Shown here in pieces: positions 13,671 to 26,120 of a stretch of 64,000 nucleotides of DNA. A program made the position numbers and the translations under genes. The notes under the pieces were generated by a model. That model was not told the origin of the DNA. It ran no database searches and was given only the letters and a program-made list of their open reading frames with translations. This DNA is from Leucoraja ocellata (taxonomy: Eukaryota). The first letter of the stretch is position 1. Every line of letters starts with the position of its first letter. The stretch spans positions 7,750,001-7,814,000 of the forward strand of contig JAWMAR010000085.1 in assembly GCA_036785375.1 (NCBI GenBank), given 5' to 3'.

Positions 13671-14742
13671 CCAGTGGTGAATCTGTGGAATCCATCGCCA
13701 CAGAAGGCTGTGGAGACCAAGTCAATGGATATTTTTTAATGCGGAGATTGATATATTTTTGATTTATATAAATCCTTTCATGTTCCCCATAAATCTTTAA
13801 AGGTCATCATTTAGTTTTTTCGATGCAGCGTGGAAACAGGTGCTTTGGCTCACCGAGTCTGCGCCGACCACCAACCACTAGTTCCATGTTATCCCATTTT
13901 CACATTATCCCATCTACACATGAGGGGCAATTTACGGAAGACAATTAATCTACAAACCCGCATGCCTTAGGAATGTGGGAGAAAACCGGAGCACCCGGAG
14001 GAAACCCACATGATCACAGGGAGCATATGCAAACGTCACACAGACATTTTACCGAAGTCAATTAACCTACAAACCTGTACGTCTTTGGATAGGGAAGAAA
14101 CCAGAGCATCCGGAAAAAAAGACAGGGAGAACGAACAAACTCAAACTAGGGACAATCTGGAGTCCAATTAACCTACAAACCTGCATGTCTTTGGGATGTG
14201 GGAGGAAACTGGCACATGGAGAATGTGCAAACTTTACACAGATAGCCCAAAAGGAAAGGATTGAACTGAGGTGTCTAGCGCTGTGAGGCATCGGCCCTAC
14301 CAGCCACACAAATATTAATCACCTATTTATTTCCTGTCATTCCCGTTATGCTAATTGATATTTCTTTCCCTTCACGCTATGTCACTAAATTATGAGGCAC
14401 ACACTGTGCCTAAGACAACTCCTTTGTTCTAACTAAAAGACACACTGAGAACAGCACTCTGCCCACTCGGCATGTCTTTCATCCAAGGCATTTGAAAGAT
14501 TCTGGAAATGAATCTGTTGTTATTACCTTGTGGGGGGGGAAAGATAATCAAGAGGGCAAATGTTATTCTGAAATTGGTGAAGAGCTCCTGAAAATTTATT
14601 ATCTTTAATTTGAGTTTCCTCCAGGAATAGAAGATACATTTCATCGGCAGCTGGCATTTAAAAAGGGTAGAGTTACCATAATGTTCTACCCTTTGACATA
14701 AACCATGTTATTCTGGTTTAGCTGCCTTAACAACTCTTGGTT
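13671..14742. repeat. Composite local duplication built from three templated segments
   Basis: 13676-13768 is a direct copy of 15140-15231. 13769-14142 is an inverted copy of 12252-12660. 14144-14736 is an inverted copy of 16516-17117. Confidence 0.85.
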
Positions 14743-14814
14743 ATGCTTCCTATTATGGGGCAAAGAGAACTACACACAATACTCCAAATGCAGCCTAACC
14801 GTTATAATCACAGG

Positions 14815-15360
14815 TCAGACCGCATTTGGAGTATTGTGAGCAGTTTTGTGCCCAATATCTGAGGAAGGATGTGCTGGCATTGAAACGGGTTCAGAGGTTA
14901 AGAGAATGATCCCAGGAATGATTCATTTAACATATGATAAGCGTTTACAGCACTGGGCCTATACTCGCTGGAACTAAAAGGATGAGGGAGGGATTTCATT
15001 GAAATGTACCGAATAGTGAAAGGCCTGGATAGTGGATGGTTCCACTAGTGGGAGCGTCTAGGACCAGAAGTCATACACACAGAATAAATACACATACCTT
15101 TGGAATGGAGATGGGATAGAATTTCTTTAGTCAGAGAGCGGTGAATATGTGGAATCCATCGCCACGGAAGGCTGTGGAGACCAAGACAATGGATTTTTTT
15201 AATGCGGAGATTGATATATTTTTGATTTATAAGGGTGTTAGGGGTTATGTGGAAAAGGTAGGAGAATAGAGTTGCGAGGGAAAGAGAGATCAGCCATGAT
15301 TGAATGGGGGAATAGACTTGATGCGCCGAATGACCTAATTTTGCTCCTATAACTTATGAA
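14815..15360 (+). mobile_element. Degenerate CR1 3' fragment
   Basis: Homologous to the other CR1 3' ends. Similar fragments lie at about 8998-9320, 13160-13670, 15810-16100, 27365-27640, 34455-34920, 36480-36925, 38440-38870, 44960-45270 and 50365-50780. Confidence 0.8.
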
Positions 15361-17263
15361 CAAACCAAAGTCCTATGTATCTATATACACGAACATTATA
15401 CTTCCTCACATTTTCAGTGTTTAAGGTGCTGGATAAATGCAAGTTACAGCAGGTGACAGATGTGCAGCGCTTGCAGTTGGCAGTTCTGTTAATGTTTTTT
15501 TGGGGGGGGATAATGCCCCAGGGCAGTTCATAGAGGTGTGCAATTTAAAACCTGTACTTCAGTTTCACATTTCTCTTGGTCATCAAAAAACGAAACCATT
15601 CTTTGTCGAGTACAAAACCCAGTAGCGTGGGATTCAATAACAGCTACTTTTGATACTCTTTCGCCTGTTTGTTCTGCAACACCGTGGCATCAATCACCGT
15701 ACATTCTCTCAACCACCCAAGACAAAGTGACTTGAAAGTGTACCCGATATTGAGCCATACACTGCATGAAAATTGTGTATTCATCAGCTTTTCCATTTTA
15801 TTCATCATAAGATCATAAGACACAGGAACAGTATTAGGCCATTTGGCCCATTGAGTCTGCTCTGCTATTCAGTCATGACTGATCTATTTTTCGCTCTCAA
15901 CCACATTCTCCTGTCTTCTCCCCGTAACCTTTGACACCTTTACTAATCAAAAACCTGTCAATCTCTGCTTTTAAAATACCCAATAACGTTGACTTGCTTC
16001 CGCCGCCATCTGTGGCAATGAATTCCACAGATTCACAACCTTCTGGCTAAATAAAATACATCATTTTATTCTGAGGCTACGCCCTCTGGTTCTAGACTCT
16101 TATTTGCATCATATTATCTTGGTTTAGATTTATTATTTTCAAGTGTACAGTGAAAAGCTTTGTTTTGCATGCTACCCAATCAAACCAGATAATAGCATGC
16201 ATAAATGCACTCAAGCTGCACTCAAGTGCAATAGGTAGAGTGAAATGAAAGAGAGTGCAGAATATAAATACTAAGTTTATTTTGGGAACATGAGCCTTGT
16301 TACCAATTTGGATTTTGTTTAAATAAAGGCATTTTTGTGCGGCTGCTACGAGAGAAAGCCAAAAAGACTGCGTCTGAAACGAAAGCAGAAAATGCTAGAA
16401 ATAAATAGGATGTCTCGTTAAACAGTGTAAGAAAATTGACGATGCCATTTCTGTGGGGATAATCCTTCTTCACAATTAGAAAGTGTGTACTTATAATTGT
16501 ATCCCAGTTTCTTGTGAGTTGTTAAGGCAGCTAAACCAGAATAACGTGGTTTATGTCAAAGGGTAGAACATTATGGTAACTCTACACTTTTTAAATGCCA
16601 GCTGCCGATGAAATGTATCTTCTATTCCTGGAGGAAACTCAAATTAAAGATAATAATTTTTCAGGAGCTCTTTACCAATTTCAGAATAACATTTGCCTTC
16701 TTGATTATTTCCCCCCCCCCCCATTGGAGCACAAGGTAATAACAACAGATTCATTTCCAGAATCTTTCAAATGCCTTGGATGAAAGACATGCCGAGTGGG
16801 CAGAGTGCTGTTCTCAGTGTGTCTTTTAGTTAGAACAAAGGAGTTGTCTTAGGCACAGTGTGTGCCTAATAATTTAGTGACATAGAGTGAAGGGAAAGAA
16901 ATATCAACTAGCATAACGAGAATGACAGGAAATAAATAGGTGATTGATATTTGTGTGGCTGGTAGAGCCACTGCCTCACAGCGCTAGAGACCTCAGTTCA
17001 ATCCTTTCCTTTGGTGCTATCTGTGTAAAGTTTGCACGTTCTCCATGTGCCAGTTTTCTCCCACATCCCAAAGACATGCAGGTTTGTAGGTTAATTGGCC
17101 TCTAGATTGCCCCAAGTATGTAGGGTGTGGATGAGAGAGTGGGATAACATTGAGGTAGTGTGAACGGGTGGACTTGGTAAACTGAAGGCTGTGTTTCCAT
17201 GCTGTATTTCTAAACTAAACTAAAAGCAAATTTCTGATCTTTTTTGGTATTTGTTTTCTGCAG

Positions 17264-17514
17264 GTTCAACCCTTCATCAAGCAATTTGTTCAAACGATGC
17301 TCTGTTTTACTTCATATTCTTTTATCCCTTTCCAATTTTTGGGGTCCTACTTATTGCCATTTTACTTACACGCTACAAGACTCTAAACGCGCAGAAAAAG
17401 TCTGATGCAAAGAATGGTGTTCCGCTACTCTGGATTAAAGAGCCAGCGGTAACTTATTCCCCAACAAGTCTTGAGCCACCGGATTTCAGAATAGGACCAG
17501 GAAGCATCGCGTAA
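17264..17514 (+). CDS. IGSF3: IGSF3 last coding exon: transmembrane helix and cytoplasmic tail
   Basis: Acceptor ttttctgcAG at 17262-17263. Translates to ICSNDALFYFIFFYPFPIFGVLLIAILL...KNGVPLLWIKEP...YSPTSLEPP...stop, nearly identical to the recalled vertebrate IGSF3 C-terminus. TAA at 17512-17514. Confidence 0.95.
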
Positions 17515-20500
17515 CAAAGGAAAAAGAGAAAAGAATTTTGGACAAATAAATTGATGTTCAACTGAGGTAATATTGAACTAGAGGTGAATATTCACCCCAA
17601 AAAAATGATCAAAATTTGAAAGCAACATCCTCCATCCCTTGTATCATGAATGAAGATCCTGAGGGTCAATCGATTGAGAAATGGGGGAAGAAATGGTACT
17701 TTTATCGTTAAAATGTTTGACTCAATTGGCCTCCTTCCCAATACACCTAGAAGACTTACTTTGTGTAGCTGGTATATATTGTTTCACACTAATGTGTTTA
17801 TCTTTAAATGGAAGTTCATTCCCGATTGTATAGCACTGACTGCAGAATACATAAGCAACATGTGCTGCATTTGCCTCGGAAATTCCAGACTGAATGCAAT
17901 GTACCATTGCTGCTGTTTGGCTTGGTTAGCGCCTCAGACTGTCGATGAATTTCTAGTCCTAATTTGCCAACTATTTTCACTGCATGAGCACTCTGCGTAT
18001 TACATTAGTCTGCTTTGTGTAATAGGTCTGATGTCATTAAAACCAGATAATCTTCTAAATGTTAAGAATACACAACTGTACAATGGTAGAAAAGGATTGA
18101 ACTATGATGGAGGATATTTTTTCTTTTAATTGCCCAATCAGTTTGGTTAATGAACCGAAGAGTCAATGTAATATCCAAAGCAAGTCGCAACTGGATGGAC
18201 TGTTATCCAGTCAGGTCCCTGGTAACCAGCACAACTTGAATACTGAACAATGGAAGGCATGGAAAAAGAGTGGGATTTTCATGGAAACCAAGGAAAAGCC
18301 ATGGGACTGAAGGCTCATCGATATTGTGTCAGGCGAAACTCCACATTTGATCAATGGGATGTGCAATGGAGAAGCCAAGGAGGACATTTTGTGTAGGCAG
18401 TGATGTTCCTTAATGTTGTAATTGCATTCTGACCTAAACTGAGACAACTTACCCAAATGCAGAATGTGGGACAACAAAATTATATTCCTTCCAGTGAGTA
18501 CAGTGAAGATTATTAGCAAGTACAGCCAATCTTTCTTGTTTATGGATTTTTGATATGGATGTCTGATCAAGCTGCAACTTTACAGAATGGAGTTTTCATG
18601 CAGTTTTTTAAATTTTATTTTGCACTTTTTGAAATAACTTTTTATTCCGTGTTTGAACAAATTTCATTATATTTGCCTGTTTTGTTTCAATAGTGTTCTT
18701 TGAAAGAGTGCTGTTTGACCAAGAGAAAGGGTTACAGATCTGAACAAATCTAATGCCCTACAAAGTTCAAGTTGTTATATGGATGTTAGACTTTGCTGTA
18801 AAATCTGCCAAACTAAATCACATAATACTTGCCTCAGCTTACTTACTGTGAAGAATCTTCAAAGAAACTCTCATGTACTCCAACAAAGCAACTCCATTTT
18901 AAATTACTAAATGAAACTTAAAAACACAAATGGGGCAGCACAGTGGCACAGCTGCTGCCTCAGGCGCTGAAGACCCGGGTTCGATCCTGACTACGGGTGC
19001 TGTCTGTGTGGAGTTTGCACATTCTCCTTGTGACTGCATGGGTTTCCTCCCACATCCCAAAGACGTGCGAGTTTGTAGGTTAATTGGCCTCTGTTAAATT
19101 ACCCCTAGTATGTAGGGAATGGATGAGAAAGTGGGATAACATAGTGTTTGGCGTGGATTCTGTAAGCCAATGGTCCTATTTCCAAGCTGATGCTTTTATT
19201 GCAGGAACCACATGATTTTAATTAATAGTTGATTATTTGATACAGCCTTTAATGATTTCATAGCTGATCACATCAAGCCAGCTGATCAGAACTGCAGCAG
19301 CTATTTTTTATAGTTTGTTAGTCCATGTGAAGAATACTCCTATTGTATCGCATATAATCTCTATATAATGAACCTTAGACTAACATACAGGTACTTGACA
19401 TAAGTCCATGGTAAATCACTGCAAACTTAAACAGTTTTAGCTTCTGCACTATTGATCTCATTCAGTGGTTCAATGGTACTTTATTGTCACACGTACCTAA
19501 ATACAGTGAAATTATTTGTTGTGCGTACAGTTCAGTAGAATCATTCTATACATAAGCTCAATCATACAAGTACAAGAAGGACACAATTGTAGTGCAAAAA
19601 TAGTAGATTACGCTGAGGCAGTACACAAAGAGTCGCCACGTTTTGGCACCCAGATTTCAAGTCCTTGAAATAGAGCTTTATCTTGGCCTCAAAGGCCCAT
19701 AACCCTGGCAACAACAGATCCTGTCATTAACAGAACTAATGAACAAAAGAGCTGGTGGTTCTGGTAAGATCCTTACAATTTCTGTTTTTTTCTTAGATGT
19801 TCCTTCTAGACAAAACCAATAAGAGGTTCAGACGGTATTTTGTTCCTTGAAGTGTTGAATGTGTTCAAGTTTTGGTGTCTGTACTTTACGAGCAGAGATG
19901 ATTCATGGCTAACAACAGGGTAACCAGCTGCTCTGAAGTTTCTTTGAAGCATGCTTTTAGACTATGTTTATTTATCAAGAGTTGTTTCAAGAGATGGTAT
20001 GTCATCTAAGTTTGAATTTAGATGTCGGATTTATTGTCAGACTAACTATGTACCCCAAAGATCTTAAAGTGAATACAGTATGTGATCAATGTAACACGAT
20101 ATCTTTATTACCAAAACAGCAAAGACATTTAACCACTAACCTTTTGTAGGCAGTCTCTCAGAACTGAATGTGACTTGCTTCCACCATGGTCTCGAGATGG
20201 ACATGCTTCTATGTGTAATGTGAGCTGGTCTTTGCAAGCCAACATGATCAATATAGAGTATGGTTCTGGACCAATGGTAAGGAGAGCCAAGGCAACAGGA
20301 GGCCTAGCTTTGCTAAAAAAAACACAACGTGATGGAGTAACTCAGCGGGTCACGCAACCTCTGTGGAAGACATGGATAGGTGGCGCTTCAGGTTGGGACC
20401 CGTCTTCAGATTGATTGCAGTGTAGGAGTGCGGGAAGGACAAAGCCTGGCAAGTGATAGGTAGATACAGGTGAGATGGGTGGTGAGGGGTTGATTGACAG

Positions 20501-23500
20501 ATTAGTGGACAAAGGCCAGAGATGAAAAGAAATGATCCCTAGTGAGATAAAAGGGGAGACGAGGAGTGAAATGTGAAGCTAGAGGGACGGATATGGGTGG
20601 AAAGGGAAGAAGGTGGGGGGATAGTGGGAGAAATGGATGAACATCTGGGTTGGGTACAGGGAAGAGAGCAAGAAAAAAGCGAGGGGTGGGGGTTGGGTCT
20701 GGGTACCAAGCTTTGGTGCACCAACTTAACATGCACACACATAATCTGGCCCCCATCCTTTTCCTTGGCCCATCTTGCAGGTACCACATGCTCTCGCCGT
20801 CCACCCCTTCACTCTTTCCTCCAGCAGTTTCCCTTGCATGGTCTCCCAATCGTTCTCTCCCTCCCCTAACTGGCTTCTAAGGTTTCTCCTGTGTGCAAGT
20901 TATCTGTTGCTTCCCTCTCCCTTCACTCACCTCTTTCATTTTTAATCCCTTTCCCCTTCTATACCCTCTCAATTCCTCCACTATCATGTTGCAGCTCCTT
21001 GCTGTCTCCAAGAGTGAGGCTTTTAAACTAGCACTGCTACTTGCCCTCTTGGTGGACCGAGATGCCATGAGAAGTTAATTGCTTAGATTAGTTTAGAGAT
21101 ACAGCGTGGAAACAGGTCCTTCGTCCCACCGAGTCCGTGCCAACCAGCGATAACCCACTCACACTAGTTCTTTCCTATACACTAGGGATCATTTCCAGAA
21201 GCCAATTAACCTGCAATCCTGCATGTCTTTGGAATGTGGAAAGAAAGTAGAGCACCCGGAGAAAACCTACATGATAACAGAGAAAGTTCAAACTTCATAC
21301 ACACACCACCTGTAGAAAGAACCTAGGTCTCTGGCGCTGTAAAGCAGCAACACGACCGCTGCGCCACTGTGCCGTTCTGCATTCAGATCATACTATACAA
21401 GAATACAATCAAGCCATGCACAGCATAACAGGTAGAGCTAACAGAAGAATACCAGAGTGCAGAATATAGTTTTACAGCATTGTGGCATTACAGTTCCAGA
21501 CAAAAAGTCCAATATTCGTAATGAGGTTGGTTGGAGGATTGGGACTGTCCCCTAGCCTATGGGAGAATCTTTCAGAAGTCTGATAACAGAAGGGAAAAAG
21601 TCTGGTGGTGCGTGCATTCAAGCTTTTGTAACTTTTGGCTGACGGGAGCGGGAAGAAGAAGGAATGACCGGGTTAGGGAAAGGTCCTTGAATATGTTGGC
21701 TGCTTTCCTGAGGCAGATGGAGTTGACGATGGGGAGGCTTTGGCCCAACCCGTTCATGCGACCAAGGTACTAAATCTAAACTAGCTCAGTATCTTCACTG
21801 TAACTAGGTCAAGCCAACAAATTCAAACTTTCTTGGAATGACCTGCTGAGTTGTCTAACAGAATGAAATGATCCTGATATTTATGAACTGCAACATTTGG
21901 CACCACGGTAGCAATGCATGAATAAGGGAGCAATTACAGGTATATACCAATTAAGTCTAGGCAGATTAAGCTGAGAAAGGCATAACCCATTCAGCACTAG
22001 ACTTTAGAGCTCGAAAGACCATAGCAACTTCAAAAAGCAAATATAATTGGATCTCTTCTGGAGCTTGAGTGAATGCACAAATACTTTGCAGACGATTGAA
22101 TAATTGAATAGGAATATGAAACACTCGGCATTTAAACATTTTTGCGTTTGGCACTTCATTGCACGCTGTAGAAAAATTCTTATGTTCAGCATTATTTTGG
22201 CAATACATGTCATGCAAGCATACTCCTTCATTAATATTTAAATGGATGTATAATGACATGAATGATGTACCACATTCTCATCATACCCTACAGGGAAATA
22301 GATTATGAAGGAACAATTGCAAATGCTGCAATTTTCCAAGGGTAATAATTATTAACATATTTTTTTATAAGCTTTCACTATCCACTTGAGATAAAAGCAG
22401 TTTTCTAAAAATTGGAAATACAGACCAACATCCTCCATTCAAATCGGGTTCTGCATATAAAATCCAATTGAAATTCTTAGTTGTCATCAATGTATCTGGA
22501 TGGAAATAAACTTCTAAAAAAAAAGAGAAAGAGACAGTCCTGACCCCCTCCCCCCCCTCATCTACCTCATTGGAGATCTTCAAACCATATTTAGTCAGAC
22601 TTTACTGGACTTTATCTTGCACCCTTTATCCTGTGTCTGTACACTGTGGTCGGCTTGGTTGGAATCATGTATAGTCTTTTCGCTGACTGGATAGTACGTA
22701 ACAAAAAAGCTTTTTACTGTATCTCGGTACAGGTGACAATAAAAATAATATATTGTTAACTAATAAAAAAGAAAATTTAATTTCACAAAATAAAAATTAA
22801 CATCGCAAGTTTTTCTTCACAATCTGTGAAGAAATATAATTCATAATTTATTTATACTTTGAATTAATGCATTTAATCAAAGTGAGTATTTTTTAATCTT
22901 CAATTTTTAAAGTCTGAAGCAGAATTGCATGTCGAGTATTACTGAATCGAAAATGATGACCAGAATATGATGACCACTTGATATTCTAACTCTCTTTTTA
23001 TTTTCTTCAATATGATAATTTCTCAATTCTCCTAATCTCAGTGGAATCCCATTGGAATATGAACAAATTTTCAATGCATTTAATCCATTCAAATGCCCAA
23101 TTTTAAGTCTGACAGTGATTTTCAATATGGTATTCGATTATGTTTGGCATAAAAGCATTGCCTGAGTATCTTTTTAATTGAAATGTTCACGTCGTGCTTT
23201 AATCTGTTCCTGCCTGGTTTTACCAATTTGACTCTTTGGAACAAACTATGGATTTAATTGCTGCCAATCAGGAAGGAGTAATTGAAGGCATGCCAGTATT
23301 CCAACCAGGGAGTCTCCTCGCCAGCTTCATTGCTTCTCCCGGCCCAGGTTTGCTCATTACTTTAGACAAGCTGTCATTCACAGAATCGTACACTTTAACC
23401 ATCAATCATTTGTTAGCCCTTTTTTTTCCTTAAAAAAATGCAGCTTGTTACATTGTCCCAAAATATACCTCTCCATTATTTTGCAAGATACAATTCACTG

Positions 23501-23644
23501 TTAAAAGTTACCATTTAAAATAAAATCTCATCTCTCAATTTTGCTTAAATCTATGCATTTTGGTTATCCACTTGGTGAGAAATGTTTCTCATTGTTGATT
23601 CAATCATAGATTCATCCAGCAAGGAATTGTGCCCTTTGGCACAA

Positions 23645-23970
23645 CGGGTAGCACAGTGGAGCAGCGGTAGAGTTGCCGCCTTACAGCACCAGAGACCTGG
23701 GTTCGATCTTGACCTCGGGTACTGTCTAAATGGAGTTTGTACTTTCTCCCTGTGATCACATGGGTTTTGTCCAGGTGCTCCAGTTTCATCCCACACCCCA
23801 AAGACATGAGGATTTGTTGTTTAATTGGCCTCTGTAAATTGCCCGTACTGTGTAAGGAGTGGATGAGAAAGTGGGATAACTTAGAACTAGTGTGAACGGG
23901 TGATCAATAGACAATGTGGGACCCATTGGGCCGAAGGGCCTGTTTTCATGTTGCATCTTTCAATCAATCA
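23645..23970 (+). repeat. HE1-type tRNA-derived SINE (representative copy)
   Basis: A/B boxes (tggagcagcgg, ggttcgatc), core ggtttcctcccacactccaaagac and a CR1-derived tail. About 20 copies in the window, e.g. 2610-2815(-), 3020-4350(+), 4650-5040(-), 9438-9740(+), 12165-12620(+), 16955-17225(+), 18932-19190(+), 21085-21375(-), 24825-25135(+), 35170-35470(+), 45345-45640(-), 45890-46250(+), 50785-51065(+), 51710-51995(+), 52150-52430(-) and 53210-53470(+). Confidence 0.88.
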
Positions 23971-26114
23971 AACTGAGGTCTCAGTCTTCCAGTTCCTTCA
24001 TCAGCTGAAACGCAAGCTCTGGGATTAGCTTGCCTGTTTGTCTGGGAAAAGTAGAGGAGAGAAGGACGATCAGCTATGATCTTGGAACATAGCAGATTTG
24101 AACAGGCAAATTATCTCCTCCTGATCCTATGATGTTCTGAGGGACAGGATAAAACCCCCTCCAATCCTGCGTACATTTGAATTTCAAAGAGGCAAGAGGT
24201 TGTATGTTCATACCCATGCTAAATAATAATTAAATGCATCCTTAAAGTCAAAATCAAATTTGACACAGTGCTTCATGAATACATAATTTTGCATTATTTA
24301 CCCATCATAGTAAATTCATTAAATACTTAAATAAAACAGCATATTTCCATCAGCATACTGGAGTGCATTTAAAATTGAATGATCAAAGGGTATTTGGTTG
24401 GAATGAATGTCTCTGCTGAAAGGTAAATATTAGTGAAATTAAGCTACGTTAAACTTTCCATCTAATTTACAGTTATCAAATTTAATTTATTTACCAGAAA
24501 TACACTAACTCCATCGTTAATGGCTTTCATCCTAATCTTGCACAGTCACAATCTGAAATTTCCATGCCATTTGTTGCTGGACCTTGGATTGTGGGGATAA
24601 ACAGGCTATACATGAACACAAAAAGACACAAAGTGCTGGAGTAACTCGGCATCTCTTGAGAATATGGATAGGCGACATTTTGGGTTGAGCTCTTCTGGCT
24701 GGAGATGGGTTACATGAATGGTACCTGAGCTCCTGAGTTGTTCCAGCACTTTGCATTTTTTTTGTGATCCAGCAGCTGCAATCTCTTGTGTCTCTTTTAC
24801 AAGAACAATCATTTGTCACTAAAGGGGGCGGGCATAGTGACGCAGCGGCAGAGGTGCTGCCTCACAGCGCCACAGACCCAGATTCGATCCTGAACACGGA
24901 TGCTGTCTGTGTGGAGTTTGCAAATTTTCCGTGACCACGTGGGTTTTTCCAGGAGCTCCCAGATCCCAAAGATGTGCGGGTTTGTAGGTTAAATGGTCTC
25001 TGTAAATTGTCCCCAGAGTATAGGGAGTGGATGCGAAAGTGGGATAACATGGAACTAGTGTGCTGGTGATCAATGATCGACGTGGACTCAGAAGGGTGTC
25101 TTTCCACACAGTATCTCTAAACTTCTGCCTAAACTCTAAGGGCCGAATGGCCTACTCCTGCACCTATTGTCTATTGTCTAAAGTTAGATCCAATTGGATC
25201 CAGAGTTTCTTCAGAAATGAATTTTGTTTCATTCACGATTTCTCAAATATTTACAAGTTTGACCAGTCAGAAGGTTCTGCTTTGGCCAAGTTGCATTTGA
25301 TCAATTCTAGTCAATTTGTATTGTTGTCACTAAACAAAATGGTTGCACTTTGTAACTATAGGGATGGCATACTTCAACACAAATTTAGACTCCCTGCACT
25401 GCCACTGTAATGGCATTGCCATTTAAAAAAAAGGACACAAATTGCTGGAGCAACTCAGCAGGTCAGGCAGTATCTCTGAAGAACATGGATAGATGACGTT
25501 TAGGGTTGTCGATCTTAAACATCATCTATCCATGTCCTCCAGAGATGCTTCCTGACCTGAGTTTCTCTGGCAATGTGTCCTTTTCTGTGTATTAACCAGA
25601 ATCTGCAGTTCCTTGATTCTACGAGGTGGTATACACAACATGGCCATCCTGGTTTGAAGTCTTATAGTCAACGTGTTTAACGAGCTTTGCAATATTAAAA
25701 TTAACCTATGGGTCATAAGTGTCACACATCAGCCTGATGTACAAGCTTCTTGCTGGGCAGGCAATTATTTAGGCGTATCCTGTTACTCAGTTATCGCGGT
25801 GTTAAATTTTTTATTGTGAGGTGGAAGCCTTTACTACAAACCATAAACACAAACATTTTCGTACTGTTTGCACTGTAATATGTACTCTAATCTAAAACTC
25901 TTATAATCAATGGGCACTTCAGTTGGAATGTAAACATAGCTTAACTTGTTGGGATATTCCCAATTTCACATTGTTTGGATGGACATCCTATTTTAGAAAT
26001 TTTCTATGTATCAATAGTGCATGATACGGCTGAATTTACTTTGTGATACAAATGTTTAATGTGAATTTTACATTGTGATGCGCTTTGTTTGAATCCTCGT
26101 GTAATTTAGTTGTT

Positions 26115-26120
26115 AATAAA
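26115..26120 (+). terminator. Candidate distal polyadenylation signal (AATAAA) of IGSF3
   Basis: AATAAA ends a repeat-free, U/TGTA-rich block (about 25650-26140) typical of vertebrate 3' UTR ends. Other AATAAA hexamers exist upstream (e.g. 17545, ~22740-22790), so the assignment is uncertain. Confidence 0.4.

Noticed and set aside
17650-18129. 159-aa ORF after the IGSF3 stop
   Set aside because: No recognisable domain, composition is UTR-like, and it lies in the presumptive 3' UTR.
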